A stretch of DNA of 64,000 bases from a phage. Numbering within the stretch: the stretch's first letter is position 1; each line of letters opens with the position of its first letter. A program made the position numbers and the translations under genes. The notes under the pieces are model-generated. The model had not been told where the DNA came from, made no database searches, and saw nothing but the letters and a program-made list of their open reading frames with translations. Where the stretch lies: sequence record PZ543597.1; one strand, 5' to 3'. This document shows positions 39,571-52,448 of this stretch, piece after piece.

Positions 39571-39574
39571 TAAT

Positions 39575-40579
39575 TTAAAATGTAAACAGAATATTGATTT
39601 CTTCTGTCTGATCCATTGCCATGATAATAGGTGGCCTATTTTCCATATAAATCATTTCGCCCGAATGCCTCATTAAATCTTCTGGATCATAATAATCCTT
39701 TTCAGCTTTAACATTTGGGTCATTTGGATGAGCTTTAGCTTCAAGAGGATTTGTGATTATTGATATTTGTCTAAATCCTTTATTTCCTGGCAATGCAGCA
39801 TCAGGAAAGTAAACTGAATCTAAATATGCTTTAAAACGGATAGTATTTGCCTTAACCCGGTAAATTAATCCAAAATCATCTTGTTGCCAAGTGAGATTAT
39901 CTTCATACCCCCATCTAGTTGGGTCTTCTTTTAATTCCTCAGGCCAAGGAACTACGATATATTCATTTGTGCATCTATTTATAGATACATCGGGCGGAAT
40001 CTCAAAAAGATATTCCCAAACATATCCGTCTCCAGGTTCGATTGTTCCTTCCGCATCTCCTCGACCTTCAGGAGGAGTCATTGACCTAACAGAAGGAGTC
40101 CATTTTCCGCCTAATTTGAGGCATTCATCCTTATTAGTTAAAGATGCTATTGAACACATTCCGGTATCAGGAACATCTAAACAACGATATACTAACCAGC
40201 CTGCGCCTGATTCAGTAGCGTTGTAAGGAGCTGAGTTACACACTACAATATCGTTAATTCTAAATGTGTATGGATCCGGATATCTAGTATCTCCCCAATC
40301 TCTGCGAGGAATAACAGCATCAAGCATTGATGGAAGAACTTTTACTGTTCCCATCATATGCGTCCACATGTCAGTTACGCCTAATACAGAATCGGTTGGA
40401 TAAGGTGGGGCAAAGCCCACCTCATTTTCATTTGATGACCACGGTTCTGATCTTCCAAATGTGATAAAGATAGTGTTTTTATCCGGACCACTTCCAATTG
40501 AATTATAAAAATTCAGCATTTTTTCTGTTCTAAATTTTGAAGTAACTATCGCACGATAGATAACACTTGAATCATTCAT
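39575..40579 (-). CDS. 8: baseplate wedge protein gp8
   Basis: 334-aa ORF, order as T4. Confidence 0.9.
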   Translation of the reverse strand: MNDSSVIYRAIVTSKFRTEKMLNFYNSIGSGPDKNTIFITFGRSEPWSSNENEVGFAPPYPTDSVLGVTDMWTHMMGTVKVLPSMLDAVIPRRDWGDTRYPDPYTFRINDIVVCNSAPYNATESGAGWLVYRCLDVPDTGMCSIASLTNKDECLKLGGKWTPSVRSMTPPEGRGDAEGTIEPGDGYVWEYLFEIPPDVSINRCTNEYIVVPWPEELKEDPTRWGYEDNLTWQQDDFGLIYRVKANTIRFKAYLDSVYFPDAALPGNKGFRQISIITNPLEAKAHPNDPNVKAEKDYYDPEDLMRHSGEMIYMENRPPIIMAMDQTEEINILFTF

Positions 40580-42212
40580 CTATTTTAACCTGTGTTGGAT
40601 TTTCAGGGTCTCTTGGATTTCCTATATTATCTTTTAGACGTTTATTAACTAAATCCCTAAATTGCGCAAATGTTGTTCCAGAAGCATCAAATAGGGGACT
40701 CATTAATTTACGTCGTTCAGACGGCAATTGACCTTGAAATATTGAATTATTATTTTCAGCATTATAGTCATCAGGAAGAGGATATTCTACACCAGCCATT
40801 GGGCCAGGCTCATAAATTGCTTCGCCTGTTACTGAATCATACTCAATTTCACCGGTTGGAGTTAATTTAGCTACTCTATCAGCATATTCAGTAGGCAATC
40901 CAGAATCCCATTTATAGTTTTTGTATTTATTAATTATAGTCTCTGTATGTTTAAGAGTTAAACCAACATTAATAAACATCGTTAAAAGGGTAATTGCTAT
41001 AAATCCAAATCCTACTGGATGAACAAAACGAATAACGTCAGATTTCCAGCGGGAAGAAGGTAAATTGGATTTAATTTTCATTACATAGTATGATCTACTT
41101 CTATTAATATAGTCTATATTGTTTTGAAGCAAATCCTTTCCTTTAACTCCACGAATAATTTCGCCTTCAAAACTAGGGAGTCTTTCTGCTTTAACTTCTT
41201 GACCAGCAATTAATCTTCCCAAAAGATTATGAATAGTTACGGTCCATTGCAATTTACCATTAGAATAACTTCTTTCTATATAAGTAACATTACATCTTCC
41301 TGTGGCTGTATAAATCGTTTGTCCTACTAAATCTTCAGTCAAAGAATCAGATTGAACGATTATGTCATATTCAGTACCAGCCCCAGATTCAATTTCAATT
41401 TCAACTTCTTCATTATAAAGAACTTTAAAAAGAAATTTGTATGATGCTTCAATTCCTTTAGTAGAATAAAAATCATAACTACGTGATTCAAAAAATCTTG
41501 CAACAGCATCACGTTTGTCAGCATTTAAATAAATGTTTCTTTTATATATCTCTGACCACAAATATTCCCACGCATGCTCTTCTCGTGGATACTGATTACG
41601 AATTAAATTTCGTAAATTATTATACTGAGTTCCGTATCCGTCAGAAAGATATTGAATATATGCTTCACAAAATGCCTCAAAATTCGAATCCTGCAACAAA
41701 TAAGAATCAGGCATCATTGTGCCAATTAATGGTCTTAAATCAGGGTCAGCTAATCCATGCTCTTCTTCTGGCGACCAAGGAGTCTCATGCTCTTGGTTTT
41801 GTAAAAATGCTTTTAAAAATACTCCAGTCGGCTTCCAAATAATTTCTACTGTATCTCTCACACGATAGTTAAAATCATAATAAGAAATTATTTCACCAGA
41901 AGATTTATAAAAAAGCATCCCAGACGCATATTTTTTAAATCCCGTGAATTTAACATTTGGCATTACTATCGTACAATCACCATCATCCCAGTATTCATGA
42001 ACTAATCTATCTGGTGATGTTTCCGGAATATTTTCTATAACTTTAGTGTATTTTAAATCAGCATAAACTACTACAGCTCTATTAGAGTTGTTTATCCAGC
42101 ACCGTGTATTAGACTTTTTAGACCAGTTAAAGAATGGTTCTGCATAGTATTTCATTGGCTGAGGCGTAAAAGTTTCCCAATCAGACTTTTCATCTGCTAT
42201 AAATGCCATCAT
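40572..42212 (-). pseudogene. 7: baseplate wedge gp7, C-terminal fragment (downstream part of a gene split by a 169-bp tandem duplication)
   Basis: 546-aa ORF starting MMAFIADEKSDWETF..., the same residues that end the upstream fragment; removing one repeat copy restores a single 1032-aa reading frame. Confidence 0.8.
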
Positions 42213-42400
42213 ATGATAATGCTTATCAGCTATAAACTACTACAGCTCTATTAGAGTTGTTTATCCAGCACCGTGTATTAGACTTTTTAGACCAGTTAAA
42301 GAATGGTTCTGCATAGTATTTCATTGGCTGAGGCGTAAAAGTTTCCCAATCAGACTTTTCATCTGCTATAAATGCCATCATATGATAATGCTTATCAGCT
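42063..42400. repeat. perfect direct tandem duplication, 2 x 169 bp, inside gene 7
   Basis: 42063-42231 and 42232-42400 are identical by inspection (ataaactactacagctctattagag...gataatgcttatcagct); unit length not a multiple of 3. Confidence 0.9.
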
Positions 42401-43839
42401 AACCATTCACGAGGAAATTCATATTTAACGGCACCGATTAACTGATATTTTGCTACAGTTTCAGGGTCATTAACAACGTTATCATTTAAAAATTTAAAAT
42501 TACTCGAAGATAGAGAAACTAATTTACCATCAGTTGACATATTCGCATACCCAGGTTGAATACGTCTTCTTTCTTCTTCAGTGTTGCCAAAAACTCTTTT
42601 CCACGTTTTTGTGTCATGATTTAAAACATATATTCCTTTATCAGTAGAATCAATTATTTTTGACGTTCTAGGATTAGCATTTAATGTTTCAACTTCACCG
42701 ATAATAAGAGCAAAAACTTTATCACCAATAGAATCCATTTTATAGCATACTGCTTTAGGATTTCCAGTTATAGTCATTGTATCAGGTTCAAATAGCCTTT
42801 CCGAATATGTTGGAGATAATGGATCAGAATCTATAGGTGCATTGCTCGTTTTTATATATCTAACTTTATCTCTGGCAACAACATAGATATAATCATCCGT
42901 ACAAGTAATGGCTTCAGCTATACGATATACATTCGCTGGTAAAGTCGCATAAGTACCAAAGATTTCTACATCAAATCCTAAATGTAACTGGTCGCCAAGT
43001 TTAGCAAATGTTATATCCTGCGAACTGAATCTGACATCATCTGCTGACCATCTAACGTCAGTCGATTTACGGCCATAGAAAATCTTGTCGTATCCTAGAA
43101 CGTATGTTGTGTTCGCAGATTGGTAATATACTGTCTTAGATAAAGGATATCCTACACGGTCATTGAAGAGCTTTACGGCTTTCCAGGTTTGTCCTTTATC
43201 ATTGGATACTTTAACTACAGGTTGATAGCGCTCAAAAAGATATAGAATTCCTTCTGATTCCATCAAATAAACTCGGTTAATATCCTTACATACTTGCTGA
43301 ATAGAACCTTGTATTTCATGATACTCATTTTCACCAATAATAAAATTACTTATTGATGAAACATCAACATACGATGGGCTGAATTGAAATGATTCATTCA
43401 TCAATGCAGCCATTATAGTGTCATTGTTAAAATTAACATAATCAGAATTATTAAGAGTAAATTTTTCCTGAATGAATTTATTGGCTAATTGCATTTCAAT
43501 CATGTTTTGAAATGTATAAGCATTTGTAGCAAAAGTTTCAAACTCTTCGGTATAAATCCAATCAGACTGCTCAAAATCTTGCGCAGCTGTAGCTACTCTG
43601 ATAATGTATGATGTCAATGGGTCAGCATCATCAAAAAAGAAGCTGTTATTTGCAGTATATCCTAAGTTAATCCATCTGTATTGATTACTCGGGAGATTTT
43701 CCCCCGAGTTCGTTTTTGTCTCAGCGATTTCTACAAAATAGTAGAAATTAGCACCAACGTCATCCCAGCGTACTTGCACCTGATTTGCGGATAACTTGGA
43801 AATTCTGAGACTAGTGACTGAAGGTGCTTTTACTGTCAT
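42226..43839 (-). pseudogene. 7: baseplate wedge gp7, N-terminal fragment (terminates just inside the second repeat copy)
   Basis: 537-aa ORF; its C-terminal ~56 aa are encoded by repeat copy 2 and it stops 5 nt into copy 1. Confidence 0.8.
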
Positions 43840-45818
43840 TGTGATATAGGCTCCAAATCGATAGTTAAGTATTGTGGACGTAAGTCATTTTCAAATACAA
43901 TCAGTGAACCGTCGCGAGTAAAGATAACATCATCGGTTGGGTCAGAATATAATTCGATGGTCTGAACTTCAAATTTTTCAGATGTTAAATTAATTTTAGC
44001 GATATTCCAATAAATCACATCAGCTGGATAATTTATTTCACCGATAACATAGTATTTGTCGCGTCCATCAGAATTTGCTAATTTGTTAAAATCGTTGCCT
44101 GTATATGGCTGAATGTTTTCATTTTCTGTAACATCGCCAGAAGCAAATGGACCAATAATAACTTTACCAATTCCTTTAGAATCTCGGTCTGTTGATACTA
44201 TGCGAACGTCATATAATACATCTTCTTCTAAACCAGTATCAGGATTTACAACCTTTCGTCCAGAATTAAATGAAAACGTATTAGATTCCATAGAACGATC
44301 TTTTATTTGATTATTGTATTTAATACCTGCTTCAGGCGTTTTATAGAAGTTTTGTACTTCACGAACAATTTGAATTGTCGCTGATGAGCCAATGATAGAA
44401 TGATCTGCATCATCTACATATGTCAACATCTTAGATTTAGCGAAAGATGAATTAAAAATTTCTACGTCTTCGGTATAATAACGATCAATTTTATCAATTA
44501 TTTGACCTTCGAGCCACTGTTCGGATTCTTGCAGCTTATTTAAAGCATATGTGACTTTTAAATTAGTCTTAATAAAAAGATAATTAGGAGAAATAATTGA
44601 TGGCGTAATAGGAGCTAAATTATAGTCTTTGAGATAATTTTTAATATCTTCACGCTGTACAGTAGTTAAATACAGACCTGATTTAGGTTTAGCAGCAATA
44701 AATGCATAACCAGGTTTAGTAGAATCAGTGAAAGTCTGAACTGCTTGAATAATAGAACCAAATCTCTCTGAAACGAATGTATCATAGTCAGTCGCAGTTA
44801 CGCAGCGTTGCTGGGTTTCGCGTTTAATAGTACCCAATTCGCGGATACGCTCAATATCTTCTGGATCACCGCCGCCATCTGCCCCAACAAAATCTGGGTC
44901 ATCGTTTGGATTTTCATTAATATTGATGACAGTTATATTTGTTAATGTATCTGCGTATGAAAATCCGACTGCTCCGTTCGCGTCAGCACCATTAGTACTG
45001 ATGTACTCAATAACAATCGTAGAGTTCTGAGTAGGTTTAAGACCTCCGATATAATTAGCGGTCAAAGCTCCTTCAGAAGCATTAACAGAAATTTCACCTT
45101 CACCAAAATAGAATTCAGTATTTCCATCAATAGTTTCACGCATGTAGTAAATTGTCGATGTAGAACCAGCATGAACCATTGACTTTCTTGTCCAGTTAAT
45201 CCATTCTGCTCCATCAACGTATAATTTAACCTGGTTTCTATCAATATTTTTATCATAAATGATAATAGGTGTTAATTTATCATAAATGATTTCAGTTCTT
45301 ACTATACGTCCCTGGGCCAATTTTAAACGCGGAAAATATTGGTTATTTTTATCACGAATAGCAATAACGTCTTCGGTAGAAACGAAGTTATATGGATTAA
45401 CAGAAGTATCTTTTGCATATGCTAAAAAGCGAGTTCCGCGAGGAATAGTAATGTAATTCCTATTCAATGCGTCGGTGCATGTTAACATAATTTCGGTCTG
45501 CGCAGCGGATTTTGAAGTAGGTAAATATCCGTTATCTTGTGCAGCTTGAACAACTGAACTTCGTAAGTTAGCAGTACGCATAAAGCTTTCATACACAGCA
45601 GCATTACCAAACTGTTGAATGTACAGCGTATTATAAGCCAAAAGGTCGCACAGAACGTTTAATCTTGAGCCTTCAAAATCATAATCCAAAAATTCATTTT
45701 GGCCATTAAGCCATTCAATGAGGTTTTGTTTTATTTCAGCAAATGTACCCCCGACGAATATCTCGGGAATAGCATTTGCTGTTCTTGTTAATTGATAATT
45801 TACAGGGGTATTTGCCAT
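43836..45818 (-). CDS. 6: baseplate wedge protein gp6
   Basis: 660-aa ORF, order as T4. Confidence 0.9.
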   Translation of the reverse strand: MANTPVNYQLTRTANAIPEIFVGGTFAEIKQNLIEWLNGQNEFLDYDFEGSRLNVLCDLLAYNTLYIQQFGNAAVYESFMRTANLRSSVVQAAQDNGYLPTSKSAAQTEIMLTCTDALNRNYITIPRGTRFLAYAKDTSVNPYNFVSTEDVIAIRDKNNQYFPRLKLAQGRIVRTEIIYDKLTPIIIYDKNIDRNQVKLYVDGAEWINWTRKSMVHAGSTSTIYYMRETIDGNTEFYFGEGEISVNASEGALTANYIGGLKPTQNSTIVIEYISTNGADANGAVGFSYADTLTNITVININENPNDDPDFVGADGGGDPEDIERIRELGTIKRETQQRCVTATDYDTFVSERFGSIIQAVQTFTDSTKPGYAFIAAKPKSGLYLTTVQREDIKNYLKDYNLAPITPSIISPNYLFIKTNLKVTYALNKLQESEQWLEGQIIDKIDRYYTEDVEIFNSSFAKSKMLTYVDDADHSIIGSSATIQIVREVQNFYKTPEAGIKYNNQIKDRSMESNTFSFNSGRKVVNPDTGLEEDVLYDVRIVSTDRDSKGIGKVIIGPFASGDVTENENIQPYTGNDFNKLANSDGRDKYYVIGEINYPADVIYWNIAKINLTSEKFEVQTIELYSDPTDDVIFTRDGSLIVFENDLRPQYLTIDLEPISQ

Positions 45819-45826
45819 TTTAAATC

Positions 45827-46120
45827 CTATTTAATGAATACTTTAGATGATGCCTGAGCCACAGTATCACCGCATGATATTGGATCAGCCATTTGAACCG
45901 CTTTCTTTCCAGTGACATATACCTTAGAAGTTCTAGGTTGTGTCACTCCGCCATGTGTTTCATATGGCTTTTTAATTTCTGTATGTTCTGTAATTGGATC
46001 ACCTGCTACGAGAACAGCAATTCCTCCAGTGAATACTTTACTTTGTGTAGCATTCACAACTGTTGGAGGCCATGCTTCATGGCCGGCAGTAACACACTTA
46101 TCATAACTTAATCCTGACAT
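45827..46120 (-). CDS. 5.4: PAAR-repeat spike tip protein gp5.4
   Basis: 97-aa ORF between genes 5 and 6, Gly/Val-rich PAAR-like sequence. Confidence 0.8.
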
Positions 46121-46678
46121 CTATGACCTCTCATACACATAGCTTCTTAATTTATTAGCCCAACGACTCCAATTTCCAACTATAGTTTTAGTATAATTTT
46201 TAACGAGAGTTTTTCTTACTGGAGCAGGAGGATCTGTCGGTTCAGTAGTATCAGAAGATGACCTAGAATTACTGCCAGAACCTCCAGATTCACTTTGTTC
46301 TTGGTAGTCATATATTAATGTTACTTCGTAAGTGAATGTCTTCTGGAGGTTTTGAGGAGCTTTCCATAAATACAACTGAGTATCAGAATCAGTAGGAAGT
46401 TCTTCCCATGAAGCAGCAGTTTTAAATTCATCGCCTAAACGATATTTCAACGCGTCATTTCCAAATCCAAACACAGATTCATATGTTCCGTATAAGCGAT
46501 TTTCTTCTACTAAAACCCCAGGAGTTTCTTCGTAACTAGTTATATTTATAGATACTAACGTTTCACCTGTTTCTAATTGAGCGGTAAAGGTGACGTCGAT
46601 AGAAGAACCTTCCATGGATTCTCCTAAATCAGCGCTCATTGGAAGTATATTAGCCAATGTCAATCCTCGATCCATCAA
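46121..46678 (-). CDS. hypothetical protein (gene 5.1 position)
   Basis: 185-aa ORF between 5 and 5.4, slight overlap with gene 5. Confidence 0.6.
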
Positions 46679-48377
46679 TTGTGTATTGACCAGATGAAAT
46701 AGAACTCATAGATGCCATTTTTTCTGTCCAATCGCCACCAACGTCCCAATCAACTGTCCCAGCAACTTTCCAAGAAAGATTTCCATTTACTGTATTAGTC
46801 TGATTTCCTTCAACTAAAGTGGTAGCATCCCCTTTAACTGTAATGTCAGCATTACCTTCAACTACAATAGTAACATTACCTTTGACTAGGATAGTTCCAT
46901 TACCTTCAACTGTCTTAGTTTCATCGCCACGGACAAATATTGTATTGCTTCCATCTATCTGGTGAAGACGATTATCCATGTTGTAATAAATTTCTGATCC
47001 ACCGACGTTAGTCTTTTTATCACCGGCTACCAAAAAATTACCATCAGCGTTGGTTATATCATACAAATTATCAACAGTTTTTCTTGTTCTTCTTCCTGAC
47101 GGTGATACTTCTTCATAAGTTCCAGTTGGATGAACTAATCTGTATCGTTCTTGCCCAGGGGTATCATCAAATTCCTGAATATGTCCACTTTCAGTTTCCA
47201 TTGTATGCACATAAGGATATTCACCTTTATATGAAGAAACTGGTTCTTTGAATAAAATTCTCGAGTCATTTGGAATAGGAGGGTCAGCAGGGTCAGAAGA
47301 TTTAGCTACAGTAGCAGCCATTGCTGATAGAGACTTAGCTGGGGTTTTCACTTCAACGCCATATGATTCTAAATTTCCCGTAAGAATAATCATGGTAACA
47401 CGGGATGCACGGCCTTTTGTTTGTTGATACCATAATGAATCACGACCGGCTTTATACGCTTTTTCCCAATCTCCTGCTAACATAGCAGTTAACATTGTGT
47501 TAAATTTAGCTACACCACCAACACCCATCTGAAATGCCATATTTTCTAACGCCATTTGACGAGAACGGTTGACAGCTTGCCAGACTGGTCCTACTTTAGA
47601 ATGTGATTTAATGTCCCGTTGCATATCAGCCAAATCACGTTCAAATAAAGTCGTCGCCTCTTCCATCGTAATAGAACCTGGGTTTCCAGTAATTTCACGA
47701 CCAACTTGTTTTGATAAAACTTTATTAATTTGAGCCATATCACGAACTGGCTGCTTTATGATAAGATGACCAATACCAATTGTCGGATATCCTTCAGTAT
47801 CCCAATAAACTTTTAGTCTTAATCCTTCATCACGGCGAAGCATGTCAGCCATTGACATATTTGGATTATCATCGGTTGGAATCTCTGATAGTGGTCTATC
47901 ATCGGGATTTATTGCAGTGTCTAAGTTACTATCTTGGATAATGTTAGAAGACGAATCATATCCTACTTCTCCGCCTTGGTTTAATACATTAGTATCATTT
48001 CCTAAACGTCTAGGATATTGCCCAGTTGGGTCAGAAAATCCTTCAAGTCTATTCGGTTTTTCGCGAACTATTCCACCATACGTGCCAAGGACAATTCCGT
48101 TAGTTTTCCATTTGTCTAAAAAATGACCATAAACTCTAGTTCCTTCTACCGGTCCAGTAACAGAACCTCCAATTCCAGACATTGCTGCAGAAGTTATAGG
48201 TTGAATAACTGACATCCATGGTAATTTTTCAGTTGGAATACCCATTACATCGCCTTGTGCTCTTTGAGGTGGATGCAGACCAACCACACGAACACGAACA
48301 CGACCTAATTTTAATGGGTCCATTCTATCTTCAACAACACCAACAAACCAATTAAGGTTATTACTTATCATTTCCAT
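46650..48377 (-). CDS. 5: baseplate central spike with lysozyme domain gp5
   Basis: 575-aa ORF; lysozyme-like segment (LRLKVYWDTEGYPTIGIGHLI) and C-terminal beta-helix VxGxxxxx repeats. Confidence 0.95.
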   Translation of the reverse strand: MEMISNNLNWFVGVVEDRMDPLKLGRVRVRVVGLHPPQRAQGDVMGIPTEKLPWMSVIQPITSAAMSGIGGSVTGPVEGTRVYGHFLDKWKTNGIVLGTYGGIVREKPNRLEGFSDPTGQYPRRLGNDTNVLNQGGEVGYDSSSNIIQDSNLDTAINPDDRPLSEIPTDDNPNMSMADMLRRDEGLRLKVYWDTEGYPTIGIGHLIIKQPVRDMAQINKVLSKQVGREITGNPGSITMEEATTLFERDLADMQRDIKSHSKVGPVWQAVNRSRQMALENMAFQMGVGGVAKFNTMLTAMLAGDWEKAYKAGRDSLWYQQTKGRASRVTMIILTGNLESYGVEVKTPAKSLSAMAATVAKSSDPADPPIPNDSRILFKEPVSSYKGEYPYVHTMETESGHIQEFDDTPGQERYRLVHPTGTYEEVSPSGRRTRKTVDNLYDITNADGNFLVAGDKKTNVGGSEIYYNMDNRLHQIDGSNTIFVRGDETKTVEGNGTILVKGNVTIVVEGNADITVKGDATTLVEGNQTNTVNGNLSWKVAGTVDWDVGGDWTEKMASMSSISSGQYTIDGSRIDIG

Positions 48378-48951
48378 AAGATTTCTCCATTATACGTATA
48401 AGGTCGTTCATAAATGAATTAATGTCTGATTTTGCTATTATTTTTATTTGACGAAGTTTTTCATTTTCAAGAACAGCATCTTCATACGTATTAACAGCAG
48501 CAAGTGCTCCTTCATATTGAGGATATTTTCTAGCTTTATCACCTTTATCATACCAAACATATGGATTATCATCGTATGATATTAAATTATAAAATTTTTC
48601 ACCGTTCTCATTCACATGATATACTATTTGGTCTCCACCTACATTTTTGTATTTTTGTATAGATGCTTGATAAGCTGCTTCTTGTGAAGTAATCCATCCA
48701 TAATACGGGTCATAATTATCATTACACATCAATAAAACCCAATACAACTGTGGATTTCCATATATAGTATTTGCTAATTCTTCCGGGCGTGGTGAACCTT
48801 TGATATAATAAGTACGTAAGCGGTATCCCGCAAGAGCGCGTTTAAAATAGTCTTTATAGTTTCTAAAAATATCTGTCATAGGAATAGTCGGCGCGTTTTT
48901 ATTCACCGTTTTGGCCGCATATTCAATCGGATCAAAAAATGTAAAGAGCAT
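48361..48951 (-). CDS. 53: baseplate wedge protein gp53
   Basis: 196-aa ORF, order as T4. Confidence 0.85.
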   Translation of the reverse strand: MLFTFFDPIEYAAKTVNKNAPTIPMTDIFRNYKDYFKRALAGYRLRTYYIKGSPRPEELANTIYGNPQLYWVLLMCNDNYDPYYGWITSQEAAYQASIQKYKNVGGDQIVYHVNENGEKFYNLISYDDNPYVWYDKGDKARKYPQYEGALAAVNTYEDAVLENEKLRQIKIIAKSDINSFMNDLIRIMEKSYGNDK

Positions 48952-48954
48952 GGG

Positions 48955-48977
48955 CCCTCCTGTTTATAAATATATTA
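48955..48977. promoter_or_regulatory. divergent late promoters between gene 53 (-) and gene 4 (+)
   Basis: tgtttataaatatattatctatttataagg contains TATAAATA (plus) and TATTTATA (minus-strand TATAAATA). Confidence 0.55.
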
Positions 48978-48998
48978 TCTATTTATAAGGAGAATCCA

Positions 48999-49451
48999 AT
49001 GGCATATTCTGGAAAATGGGTTCCTAAAAATATATCAAAATATAGAGGTGACCCTAAAAAAATTACGTATAGATCAAATTGGGAAAAATTCTTTTTTGAA
49101 TGGTTAGATAAAAATCCAGAAATTATTGCATGGGGTAGTGAAACAGCAGTAATTCCTTATTTTTGTAATGCAGAAGGGAAAAAACGTAGATACTTCATGG
49201 ATATTTGGATGAAAGATTCTTCTGGACAAGAATTTTTTATTGAAATAAAACCTAAAAAAGAAACACAACCACCAGTTAAACCAGCACATCTAACAACTGC
49301 AGCGAAGAAAAGATTTATGAATGAAATTTATACATATTCCGTTAATACTGACAAATGGAAAGCAGCGCAATCTTTAGCTGAAAAGCGTGGAATAAAATTT
49401 AGAATTCTAACAGAAGATGGATTACGAGCTCTTGGCTTTAAGGGGGCATAA
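48999..49451 (+). CDS. 4: head completion protein gp4
   Basis: 150-aa ORF, order as T4. Confidence 0.85.
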   Translation: MAYSGKWVPKNISKYRGDPKKITYRSNWEKFFFEWLDKNPEIIAWGSETAVIPYFCNAEGKKRRYFMDIWMKDSSGQEFFIEIKPKKETQPPVKPAHLTTAAKKRFMNEIYTYSVNTDKWKAAQSLAEKRGIKFRILTEDGLRALGFKGA

Positions 49452-50275
49452 TGGCTATTTTTCAAATAATTAATGAAAGCACTCCCCAAGTTCCAAAGGT
49501 TAAGCAATCATTAAACGAAAAGAAATGGATTCAGATAGGTCTTGAATACAGAAAGGCCAAAGCAAAAGGAATGACAGGAAAGCAATTTGCTGAAGAAAGA
49601 GGAATCAAATACTCTACGTTTACTTCGGCAATGTCAAAATATGCTTCAGGAATTAAAACAGCTGAAAAGATTCAAAAGCTTGAATCAAAACCAATGAATA
49701 AACTCAATAAGCAAGAAAGACAACTGCTTATGATAAATTCATTCAGGCAAACATTGCGTGATAAAATTCGTAATGAAGGTGCAGCAATTAATAATAAAAC
49801 CAGAAAGTGGTTTGCTGAAACTATTAAGCAAGTAAAAGGACATAAGGTTGTTCGCCCGCAGCCGGGACGAATATATGCTTTTGCTTATGATGCTAAACAC
49901 AAGGAAACTCTTCCTTACTGGGATAAATTTCCTTTGATAATTTACCTTGGTTTAGGTAAGCATAATTTAATGTACGGATTGAACTTGCACTATATTCCAC
50001 CTAAAGCTCGCCAGCAATTCCTAGAAGAGCTTTTAAAGCAATATTCAAATACACCTACTATTACTAATAAAACGAAATTAAAAATTGATTGGAGTCAAGT
50101 GAAAGGATTTAGGGGTGCAGACCAAATGATTAAGGCATATATACCTGGTAATATTATGGGTAGCCTTGTTGAAATCGCCCCGAAAGACTGGGCGAACGTT
50201 GTGTTAATGCCACTTCAGCAGTTCGTTTCAAAAGGAAAACGTTTCTCTGCAAACAAAGTCTGGTCAAATATCTAA
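49451..50275 (+). CDS. 2: DNA end-protector protein gp2
   Basis: 274-aa ORF, order as T4. Confidence 0.85.
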   Translation: MAIFQIINESTPQVPKVKQSLNEKKWIQIGLEYRKAKAKGMTGKQFAEERGIKYSTFTSAMSKYASGIKTAEKIQKLESKPMNKLNKQERQLLMINSFRQTLRDKIRNEGAAINNKTRKWFAETIKQVKGHKVVRPQPGRIYAFAYDAKHKETLPYWDKFPLIIYLGLGKHNLMYGLNLHYIPPKARQQFLEELLKQYSNTPTITNKTKLKIDWSQVKGFRGADQMIKAYIPGNIMGSLVEIAPKDWANVVLMPLQQFVSKGKRFSANKVWSNI

Positions 50276-50381
50276 TTCTATTATCTTCCATTCTTTTCTA
50301 TTGTTTGTTCTAATTGGAATTGAATGGAAGGGACTTAGACCCATTATACCACCAACATTTATAAAGCATTATGAGGAATAT

Positions 50382-50912
50382 ATGTCGCAAGCACTGCAAC
50401 AAATTTTTAACCAAGCAAATACAACTAACTTTGTAGTATCAATACCACATAGTAATACTACATCTGCTTTTACTTTAAATGCTCAGTCAGTTCCTATTCC
50501 AGGAATTAGGATACCTGTTACTGATACCGTGACTGGGCCGTTTGGACTAGGCAGAGCACAACGTCCAGGAGTTACATTTGAATACGATCCACTCATCGTG
50601 AGATTTATAGTTGACGAAGAGCTTAAGTCGTGGATAGGAATGTATGAATGGATGCTAGGAACTAGTAACTATCTTACAGGCGAAAATACTGCCCAAAAAA
50701 CAGGTCCTGAATACATTACGCTTTACATTTTAGATAATAGTAAAACTGAAATCGTGATGTCAATAAATTTTTATAAGCCTTGGGTTTCTGACCTGTCTGA
50801 AGTAGAATTTAGCTACACGGAAGATTCAGACCCAGCTTTAGTATGCACAGCAACGATTCCTTATACGTATTTTCAAGTAGAAAAAGATGGCAAAATTATA
50901 GCAGAAGTTTAA
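50382..50912 (+). CDS. 3: tail completion / sheath stabilizer gp3
   Basis: start placed at internal ATG (MSQALQQIFNQANTT..., 176 aa) with SD gaggaa; ORF track extends to 50301. Confidence 0.8.
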   Translation: MSQALQQIFNQANTTNFVVSIPHSNTTSAFTLNAQSVPIPGIRIPVTDTVTGPFGLGRAQRPGVTFEYDPLIVRFIVDEELKSWIGMYEWMLGTSNYLTGENTAQKTGPEYITLYILDNSKTEIVMSINFYKPWVSDLSEVEFSYTEDSDPALVCTATIPYTYFQVEKDGKIIAEV

Positions 50913-50961
50913 TGCTTCAGTTTCATGTGTTATAATCTTAACTAAATTTGAGGAGAAACAC

Positions 50962-51686
50962 ATGAAACTAATCTTTTTAAGTGGTGTAAAGCGTAGTGGA
51001 AAAGATACTACTGCAGATTTTATCATGAATAATTATTCTGCAGTTAAATATCAACTTGCTGGTCCTATTAAAGATGCATTGGCTTATGCATGGGGTGTAT
51101 TTGCAGCAAACACTGACTATCCTTGCTTAACTCGTAGAGAGTTTGAAGGAATTGACTATGATCGTGAGACTAATTTGAATTTGACTAAATTAGAAGTAAT
51201 TATGATTATGGAACAAGCATTTTGCTATCTTAATGGTAAAAGCCCAATTAAAGGTGTGTTTGTTTTTGATGACGAAGGAAAAGAATCAGTTAATTTCGTA
51301 GCATTTAACAAAATTACTGACGTTATAAATAATATTGAAGATCAATGGTCAGTCCGTCGTCTGATGCAAGCCCTAGGTACGGATTTGATTGTTAATAACT
51401 TCGACCGCATGTACTGGGTAAAATTATTTGCTTTAGATTATCTTGATAAATTTAACTCAGGTTATGATTATTATATCGTTCCTGATACCCGTCAAGATCA
51501 TGAAATGGATGCGGCTAGGGCGATGGGTGCTACAGTAATTCATGTAGTTCGTCCTGGTCAAAAATCCAATGATACACATATTACAGAAGCTGGATTGCCA
51601 ATTCGTGATGGCGATTTAGTAATTACAAACGATGGTTCTCTTGAAGAACTTTTTTCTAAAATTAAAAATACACTAAAGGTACTATA

Positions 51687-51687
<1 letters not shown>
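50962..51687 (+). CDS. 1: deoxynucleoside monophosphate kinase gp1
   Basis: 241-aa ORF with P-loop GVKRSGKDT; order as T4. Confidence 0.9.
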
Positions 51688-52372
<685 letters not shown>

Positions 52373-52385
52373 TTTCACAAAGTTG

Positions 52386-52414
52386 TTTACATAGGGTTTT
52401 AGTTGTGATACTAT
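52386..52414 (+). promoter_or_regulatory. early-type promoter (TTTACA-N17-TACTAT) embedded in an inverted repeat
   Basis: -35 52386-52391, -10 52409-52414; ATAGGGT/ACCCTAT arms at 52391-52397 and 52416-52422. Confidence 0.6.
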
Positions 52415-52448
52415 TACCCTATCAAAACAAAACCAAATGGAAATCAAA

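Noticed and set aside
42063-42400. The 2 x 169-bp repeat as a CRISPR-like array or att site
   Set aside because: There are only two copies, directly abutting with no spacers, and they lie inside a coding region; it is a tandem duplication.
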